Below, piece after piece: positions 55,415-64,000 of a stretch of 64,000 bases of DNA; within the stretch, counting starts at the first letter, position 1; each line of letters opens with the position of its first letter. The notes under the pieces are model-generated. The model made no database searches. It was not told where the DNA came from and was given only the letters and a program-made list of their open reading frames with translations. A program made the translations under genes and the position numbers. Source of the DNA: the human T2T-CHM13v2.0 reference genome, Homo sapiens; the NCBI RefSeq assembly GCF_009914755.1, contig NC_060937.1. The stretch is one strand, 5' to 3'.

Positions 55415-55423
55415 GAGCCTAAC

Positions 55424-55778
55424 TCTATTAGTCCATTCTCACTCTTCTATGAAGAAATAACCGAGACTGGGTAATTTTAAGGGAAAGAGGTTTAGTTGAC
55501 TTACAGTTCCTCATGCCTGGGGAGTCCTCAGGAAACTTATAATTATGGCAGAGGCACCTCTTCACAGGGCAGCAGTAGAGAGAATGGGTGCTGAGTGAAG
55601 GGGGAAGCCCTTTATAAAAACATCAGATCTTGTGAGAACTCACTCACTAGAATGAGAACAGTATGGGGAAAACCAGCCCTATGATTCAATTATCTCCACC
55701 TGGTCCTGCCCTTGACATGTGGGAATTATTACAATTCAAGGTAAAATTTGGGTGGGGACACAGAGCCAAACCGTATAA
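55424..55778 (-). mobile_element. THE1C/D-like solo LTR
   Basis: tattagtccattctcac...gggacacagagccaaacc; 5-bp TSD ctaac. Confidence 0.9.
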
Positions 55779-55814
55779 CTAACACACCACAAAACCATTG
55801 CTAAGAATACTGGT

Positions 55815-56935
55815 TGATATAGTTTGTATATTTGTCCCTGCCCAAATCTCATGTTGAATTGTAATCCCCAGTATTGTAGGTGGGGTCTTCTGGGAGTGAT
55901 TGAACCATGGCTGTGGATTTCTCATGAATGGTTTAGTACCATCTCCTTGGTGCTGTCCTCATGATAGTGAGTTCTTGAGAGATCTTGTTGTTTAAAAGTG
56001 TGTGGCACTTCCTTCCAACTCTCTTGCTCCTGCTCTGGCCATGTGATGTGCCTGCCTCCCTTTTACCTTCTTCTATAATTGTAAGCTTCCTGAGGCCTCT
56101 GCAGAAGCTGAGGAACTTGTTGGGAACTAGAACAAAGGTTACCCTTGTTATGCCTTAGCAAAGAACCTGGCTGTGTTGTGTTCATGCCCTAGGGATCTGT
56201 GGAAGTTTGAACTAAAGAGTGATGATTTATAGCATCTGGCAGAAGAAATTCCCAAGCAGCAAAATATTTAACATGAGGCCCGGCTCCTTCTAATAACCTA
56301 CACTCAGATGTGGGAGCAAAGAAATGACTTAAAGTTGGAATTTATAGTTAAACAGAAAGCAGAGCATAAAAGCTTAGAAAATTTGCAGCCTGGTCACATG
56401 GCAGATAAAGAAAAAGCTTTCTGGGGAGAGGAATTCAAGCTGGCTGTGAAGCAAGTACTTGCTACAGAAATCTGCATAACTAAAAGAGAGCCAACTGCTA
56501 ATAGCCAAGAGAATGGGGAAAATGTCTGGAAGGCATTTTGGAGATTTAAGTGGCAGCCCCTCCCATCACAGGCCCTGAGGTCTAGGAGGAAAGAATGGTT
56601 TTGTGGGCCAGACCCAGGGCCTCACTGCCCTGCGCAGCCTTGGGAAATTGCTCCCTGCATCCTGACCCCTTGGCTCGATTTGTGGCTCAAAGTTCCCGGA
56701 TACAGCTCAGGCTGCTGCTTCAGAGGGTGTGAGCTCTTCGCCTTGATGGCTTCCATGTGATGTTAAGTCTGTAGGCATACAGTGCAAGACTGAATGAGGC
56801 TTGGCAGCCTCCATGTACATTTCAGAAGCTGTATGAAAAAGGCTAGGTGCCCAGGCAGAAGCCTGCTGCAGGGGCACAGCCCTCATAGAGAACCTCCACT
56901 AGGGCACTGTGGAGGGGAAATGGAGACCCCACACA
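55815..56935 (+). mobile_element. MSTA LTR joined to MST-internal sequence (deleted provirus)
   Basis: tgatatagtttg...cccaaatctcatgttgaattg LTR to ~56110, then gaggaacttgttgggaac...gcagagcataaaag...gaaaatttgcagcctg internal; explains ORF 56308-56760. Confidence 0.85.
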
Positions 56936-56988
56936 GAATGTTATCTTGTTTTATATTATTCTTGTACATGTCCTGTCTTAGACCTTAG

Positions 56989-57391
<403 letters not shown>

Positions 57392-58838
57392 TGAGCCATT
57401 ATTATTTTTATTCATATTAACATCACACAACAAAATCACACAACTAGTCATCCTGGTGGAGCCAGGGCTATTATCTAGGCAGTTCGACTCCAGAAACCTG
57501 GCTCCAAACCACTACCTTATGCTGCCCTCTCATGTGTGGGCGCTCAACAAGTACTTGTTGAATAAGTGAAATTTAACCCAGGCAAGCTGGGTTAGTATTT
57601 CTGAGCTAAACACAGTTTCTCAGAAGACCACACAAGTGTTTAAGAGGTCACGAGAAATGACTGGCTAACCATAAAAAAAACAAAAACAAAAACAAAAAAA
57701 CACGACAGAACCCCAAACTGAGACTCCAAGTTAGAAGGCTTGTCTAGCGCACCAGTTTTCATGCACCTGGTTGGCTAAGAGGGAAATCTTAGATGATGAA
57801 TGGAGGGGAACACACAAAAAAAAGTGGGATCCAAAGCAATGGGCAGTTTTCCACATCATTATAGCCGTATTTTGTAACAATTTCTTTGGCAACTGACAGC
57901 AGGCATTTAAATCAGCTATTTCCTCCTCAGAATTCCTCTCCAAAGAATAATAATGGCCTCTGCAGCTCTGAAGGAAATGTAGCCCCTACTCGGATACAAT
58001 CTTATCTGGGAAATTGCCGTGGTATTCGTCACAGCTGTCACTGCTCTGAGCCCATTAAAGATGTGCTGAGTGTAGATCCACAGGGTCCTGTGCTCGGAGG
58101 AGCCCTGCTACACATTCTTCCCAGGTTTCAGCAGAAAGACAAAAACCACTCGGTGTGCTGGGGGCAGAGTCTCCTCAGAGCTGGGTCAGCACGAGAGAGC
58201 CATTCGTACAGTCCTAAAGAAGTTACTCTATGGCTCGGGTTATAGATATAGAAAGACACTTGCAGTGACACCATTGAGATGGGCAGAACACAAGAAAGAA
58301 TTTATGCAAAAAGCCCAGATTTTTATTTCTTTATTTGGAGAGCAAAAGGAGAGCTGAAGACCTAAAACATTGGGGTGAGGGCGTCGGCCTTGAGACTTTG
58401 CACCAGAGTTCTTCTCAGTTTGTTTTAGTTGAATAGTGAGCTGCTTCAACCTCTATTCTTTACAGTAAAAAGCTGAAAGTCTAATCCTTGATGATATGTC
58501 ATTTAAGAAACTGGAGCACAGACTGACTGGGGTCCCACATTTAGCATCCAGTAGGACCTGAGGTGCCAGAAGTAAGACCAATAGGACTTTCTAAAATTTG
58601 GTTCTGCAAGGAAATAATGCTTCTGCAAATCCAATGTAATGTTTCTTCATACAAAGTACCCCAGATCAGATTCTCTTTCATTCTAACATTTATATTTGTT
58701 TTTAACCCACAGTTGCCTTTACAAAGAAACAGGCATGAAAAATAGCCTTCCACTCAATATGCCAAGGAAGATAATTTACTCAGAAATTACATTGTCCTGG
58801 AAACTAATTTACTGCACAGCTTAAATGTGAGCAGCTTA

Positions 58839-58870
58839 TTCCCAGAAAGTTATTGACTCACCTTGACTCA
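58839..58870. promoter_or_regulatory. Candidate enhancer motif cluster: GAS (STAT) plus two AP-1 sites
   Basis: TTCCCAGAA 58839-58847; TGACTCA 58854-58860 and 58864-58870. Confidence 0.4.
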
Positions 58871-60309
58871 AAATAAGATCAAGTATCTTTGCCATCCACA
58901 GCACAGAGTTTTCTAAGCCAGAGACCCCAGGACTGTGTATAACTTACTCTCTAAGATAGCAAGCCACTTGGAAGTCACTACGGATGTGCTTTACATCCAC
59001 CCTTCTCAGAACACAAGACCCTCCCTAGATCCCTGAGGATTGTGGGCATTCCTAGCACACTCCAGAGTTTTACTTTTTTGTTTTGTTGGTGAGGAGGCAG
59101 TTATGCAAAGGTGGGAGAGAAGTGAGCTCGGGTAACACCACCACCATGATAACTGTCATGAAATTTCATCAATTCTTTCACTGCTTTCTGTTTGCTCACC
59201 CCTCCCCGACTCTCTCTGTTGTACTTTCATTGTAAGAGAAGAAGCCATGTCTCTGTTCCCACCACCATTCCTGACCTGGAGCGAACATTCAACAAACGTT
59301 TGTGGACTGAATGAATGATGGGACTTTACTCCATTTCATCACTTCCCATTTTCCATTCTCTATTTTTCCTCCTTTTTTGCTGATGGTTCACTCTTTATTT
59401 TTTTGGAAAGCCAGTTCTAAGATAAACAGTAGCAAAAGCAATAGCTGAAATAAAGACAAAAGACTTAGTTTCTTTGAACTGTTTTTATTTTACAATTTGA
59501 TATTACATTATTAAATTATGTTACTGTTTCCTAACACATTTTCCTTTGTGTAACTCACTTATCACCATTTGGCTCCTTGTAGGTGCATAAAATAATTTTC
59601 TCTTTGATTGTAATGAACTAGAGTAAGGGTACAACTGTCTATGCAGCTCTACTCAAGTGCCTAGTAAAGTAGTGTAATCACAAATGTCTCTGAAGAATGA
59701 CTGTAGATAAATGACAATGGCACACAAATACAACGGAAAAAAGCACATTAGAATTACTGGCATGCTAAGAAAAGCTATATACTGTATTTAACTTTTGTGC
59801 TATATTTACCTAGTCCTCACAGCTTTTATCTTTTTTTTTTAAGAGAACATTTTGAGTTTACAGCCGTGATTTTATCACTTTTTAAACTTATATTATTATC
59901 CCTACCTGCACTATATCATAATTAAGTATACTTCATTTGTACCCCCAATTAAATCCATGTGTAACATAAAAAATTACTCTGTATTAATTTTAAGTATATT
60001 GAATGCTGCCTTTTATGTAAAGGTCTGCATTAAAAGAGAGTATAGTAGTATTCTAAAGCCAATGAAACTCCATCATTTATATCTTAATTGAGATGTTTGG
60101 ACATAGATGTACTTATATAAACACAAACTAATTTAAAGTTTTCTTTTTAATTTTAAGCTTAATATGATTAAATTAGTTATGGAATAATCAGTTGTACTAT
60201 AATCATATTGTACTGTTCAAACTGAATGAAATATACCTCCCTTTATTTAAAAAAGTCTGCAGAATTGATTAAATAGATGACAATGTAATTTCCATTACAA
60301 GTGCTTTTT

Positions 60310-60326
60310 CTGCCATCTAGTGGAAA
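60310..60326 (-). promoter_or_regulatory. CTCF-binding motif
   Basis: Minus strand TTTCCACTAGATGGCAG matches the CCACYAGRKGGCR core, in unique AT-rich DNA. Confidence 0.55.
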
Positions 60327-61754
60327 AATGAAATCCATGAGGATTCATAATTTATATGTTTTAATTCTATTGTCTTTTAAACTATTTAGGAAAGGCTTAT
60401 TGGAAATCTCAAGAAAAGAAAACAAAACGTTGCATTCCCTCCCTATTTCTGATTTGGTCTGCAGGTAGACCAGCTGTGGATCACCTTAAGCATTCCTCAT
60501 GTTGCCAAAGAAACTAAATACAGAAAAAGGTAGAGGGAACTCTCTTAATTAATTAGTTGGGGGGAGGTGAGTTGTTTATTTTTAAAGACTATCCATTTGC
60601 CCAAGCTTTTTCAAGGGCTGCCTTACTGTCTGGTTTTTGCTTGTGGAAGTATTTTTCTTAACCATTTAAATACCAGCTCAAAGGCAATTCCCTTGCAAAA
60701 AACTTGCTTGGTTCCTGGTGGAATGAACTCCCATGGCTTGCTAACTATAACTCCAGTTCCTGTTCAATGATTACACCATCCTGCCAAGTTCTATGTTGTA
60801 ATTCGGTGAGTCTGTCTCACTTGATTGTGAACATCTTGAGGACAGGGAACATGTGCTGTTCATCTGTCTAGTCTGTGGTACTATTCCAGACAATGAATAT
60901 ATGAACACACTTGCTGCATGTATCATTTTAAATATGTAGAACTGGAGCCTACTAAAAGCCATTTCTAATATAGGGCAGCCAGGTCTTACATGGGCTATTC
61001 TGGGGTATATACATAGATTTCAGAGCTGGGATTTGACTAAACTTCCTAGCTCGGATTATTGATTCATTTTATCAACCCTTTTTTTTCCCCAGCATGTACT
61101 AGGTAAAATATGCTGCTGACAATTCCAAGAAGTGGAAAAGCTAGCTGCCATCCTTATGTATGAAGGCCCTGTTGGGTGCCTTTCTCTCCGTGTTCCTGGA
61201 ATGATCTGTACTTTCTTCTATCATAGTGCTTATTCCTGTACTGCATGTATTGTCTCCATGAACTCCTTGAGGATGAGAAGACTGTCTTATCCATTTGTAT
61301 TTTCAGCAACTAATATACTGTCTGCATATAGCAGAGGCTGAGTAAATATTTGTTGAATAAAGAATCATGAAAGATACAAAGAATTGCAAAGGATAAAAAA
61401 GAAGTATTAGATAGTGTGTTGTCTTAAAGGAGCTTAGGCATCATTTAGGGAAATAATTACTTATATATTCTGACCAGAATGTTCTATAGTTAATAGATAT
61501 TAAATATATTTTTGTTAAATTAATGAAATGAGAGTCAACTTCTATTTCCAGGAAAAATGCTAAACACTTATGCTCTATCCTCTGGAAGAGCACAATCAAG
61601 TGTGAAGCAATAAAAATGTTCACCAATACTTACATTATTAAGCACGTTGTGTTTCCTGCCAAAGTATTAGACATCCCACCATAAACTGGTGTAGTTAGAA
61701 ATGGCTTCCCAAAGAAGGAAGATCTTTGTCAAGAACAAAGATCTGAAAAGTGTG

Positions 61755-62261
61755 GAAAAGTCTGAGATTTTACCCGAGTTGTAAGCTGAAAGGTTAGATT
61801 GCCACATTTTCATAGATGCTGGCAAAGAAGGAGAGATTCCTGGGTCAGAAACAAAAGACTTTATTACTCACAGCACAGCAAGCACCATGAGCTTCATGTT
61901 TGCATTTTTTTCTCCTTGTCCTCCAAGTCCCATAGGGGTGATAAAAAGCAGCCTCCAAGATGTTGCACACGCTGTGAGTTTGTATCAGAGCAGAGGAACC
62001 CCATGCCAAGGAAACCCCAATTCTCTAAAGGGGGCTTTTAGCAAACCTGTCCAATCTTTGTCCTGGAGGGAGCCATTATACTCATTATCCTGGTCAGAAA
62101 ACAAATCTGCCCGATGCCCTGGTGAAAGACACTATCTCTGTGTTTCAAGGTTGTTTGCTACACAAACATCCTTGAAAAGACAGCCCAGGACAAAAGCTAT
62201 CAACATCTTCTCAGAAGATGGATAGAAATACAAGAGCTCCATGGAGAACTTTCTCTTGACA
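61755..62261 (-). mobile_element. ERVL LTR (MER54/MER74/LTR53-like)
   Basis: Minus strand begins tgtcaagagaaagttctccatgg...tcttttcaaggatgtttg...agagatagtgtct. Confidence 0.6.
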
Positions 62262-62337
62262 GTTTTAATTTGGTTCTCGAAGGCTGAGTTTGATTTGGTC
62301 AAGTAAGAGGAAAAGAACAGATGTTCCAAGAGGAAGA

Positions 62338-62624
62338 TTTTTTTTTTCTTTTTTTTTGAGAAGGAGTTTCACTCTGTTGCCTAGTTTGGAGTCTAGTGGC
62401 GCGCTCTCAGCTCACTGCAACCTCTGTCTCCTGGGTTCAAGCTATTCTTCTGCCTCAGCCTACAGGCATGCACCACCACACCCAGGTAATTTTTTTGTAT
62501 TTTTAGTATAGACGGAGTTTCACCATGTTGGCCAGGCTGGTCTCGAACTTTTGACCTCAAATGATCCATCTGCCTCAGCCTCCCAAAGTGCTAGGATTAC
62601 AGGTGTGAGCCTCTGCACCCAGCT
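62338..62624 (-). mobile_element. AluS with a short internal deletion
   Basis: tgcctcagcc joins tacagg; ggaaga flanks both ends. Confidence 0.92.
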
Positions 62625-62659
62625 GGAAGAATTTTATGTGCGCATATTTATTTCACGAC

Positions 62660-62800
62660 AGATCTCTTTGGACCTCAATTTCTTCATCTGTAGAACTAGA
62701 ATATTAATACCTACTTTATAAGGCTGCTATGAAAACTACATGAGGTAATGTGTGTAACGTCCATATGGCATCCAGCCCCATGTCTGGCATGTAGCAGGTT
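62660..62800 (+). mobile_element. MIR SINE
   Basis: tggacctcaatttcttcatctgtagaa...aatacctac...gtctggcatgtagcagg. Confidence 0.7.
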
Positions 62801-63629
62801 TAGTTCTTTTCCATTTTTCCCTGAACATATGGAATGTGGCTCTGCAGACTTCCCTGATATTAATAAAAAGGGGGAAATGAGAGACATTTAACTAGACCTT
62901 TCACAAATGTTTTAACTGAGCATCTACTATGTGCCAAGCACCAGGCTAGACACCATGACTGTCCTCTTGAAGCTTATAGTATGCTTCATGGGAGAAATAG
63001 AGGAGAGTAGATTTGTCTTGCTTCTATCACATAAACTTGTAGAGGGCACGCCTCCAAAGTTTTATGGCAATCCATGTGATAGAAAGCTAGGGAATTATGA
63101 AGACATAGGCAGAGCATTAACCTAAAATAATAACAGTCAACAATATGCTCTCCCAGATCACACTGAGAAAAAGGATACTAGTAATTGCAGCAGGAAATGT
63201 TCATGTGAGCATTATTGCTACCAATATATGATTTTTTAGCCATCCATTTGATAAATATTTATTATTACGACATGTTGTACTTTGTTGTAGTGAATACTCA
63301 ATATGTCTTTTTTAAGGATGTTGTGCATAGTGATAGGTGCTGGAATTCCCTTGAGGGTGAGCTGGCTCCAGGGATAAGGACTTGATTTTGCAAAAGTTGG
63401 TGTCAATGTTCATCTTTATATGGATGAAGAGAGGTGTGAGAATCTGGGAGATACTGTGAATGAGATGTGAGATTTCAAGATGATTAGAATATTGATTTAT
63501 GGGATGATCCTAAATTAGACCGTGAATAAGGAAAGTTGTTACAATTTTTTATTTGTGAAGAAGGTACACAATTATTTGTTTTATTATAGACTATGTTTAC
63601 GCTTCAAATATTTTATGGAAATAAAATAG

Positions 63630-63925
<296 letters not shown>

Positions 63926-64000
63926 TGTAATTTTTCTGAGAGAAAATAGTTATAAAGATTATACCTGCTTTGAGGGTGAGACTTGATCCCATGACTGCTG

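Noticed and set aside
56308-56760. 150-aa ORF
   Set aside because: Open stretch of MST-internal sequence in a deleted MaLR provirus

Overview
Primate (human-like; AluY, L1PA and THE1 are present), AT-rich non-coding DNA, intergenic or deep intronic. I find no credible host protein-coding gene, RNA gene or CpG island. The only recognisable protein is a broken LINE-1 ORF2p C-terminus (39.5-40.3 kb); the other ORFs are Alu/LTR-derived or chance. The window holds about 22 Alu copies or fragments, one 5'-truncated L1PA, several old L1M pieces, many MIR/L2 relics, DNA-transposon MITEs (MADE1, MER5A, MER58A, MER46C-like) and a dense MaLR/ERVL LTR cluster at 48.5-57 kb. Repeat-poor stretches (13.1-17.1, 23-27, 32.2-34, 57.6-60.5 kb) carry candidate regulatory motifs, including a canonical CTCF site and an AP-1/AP-1/GAS cluster. 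I cannot support a new biological system here. The best leads are atypical insertion or repair scars (tailless Alu with an 18-bp TSD, half-MADE1 with palindromic junction, Alu fragment spliced into L2, long duplication around an L1M), an imperfect ~90-bp palindrome in unique DNA, and closely spaced inverted Alu pairs. Subfamily calls come from recalled consensus sequences and boundaries are approximate.
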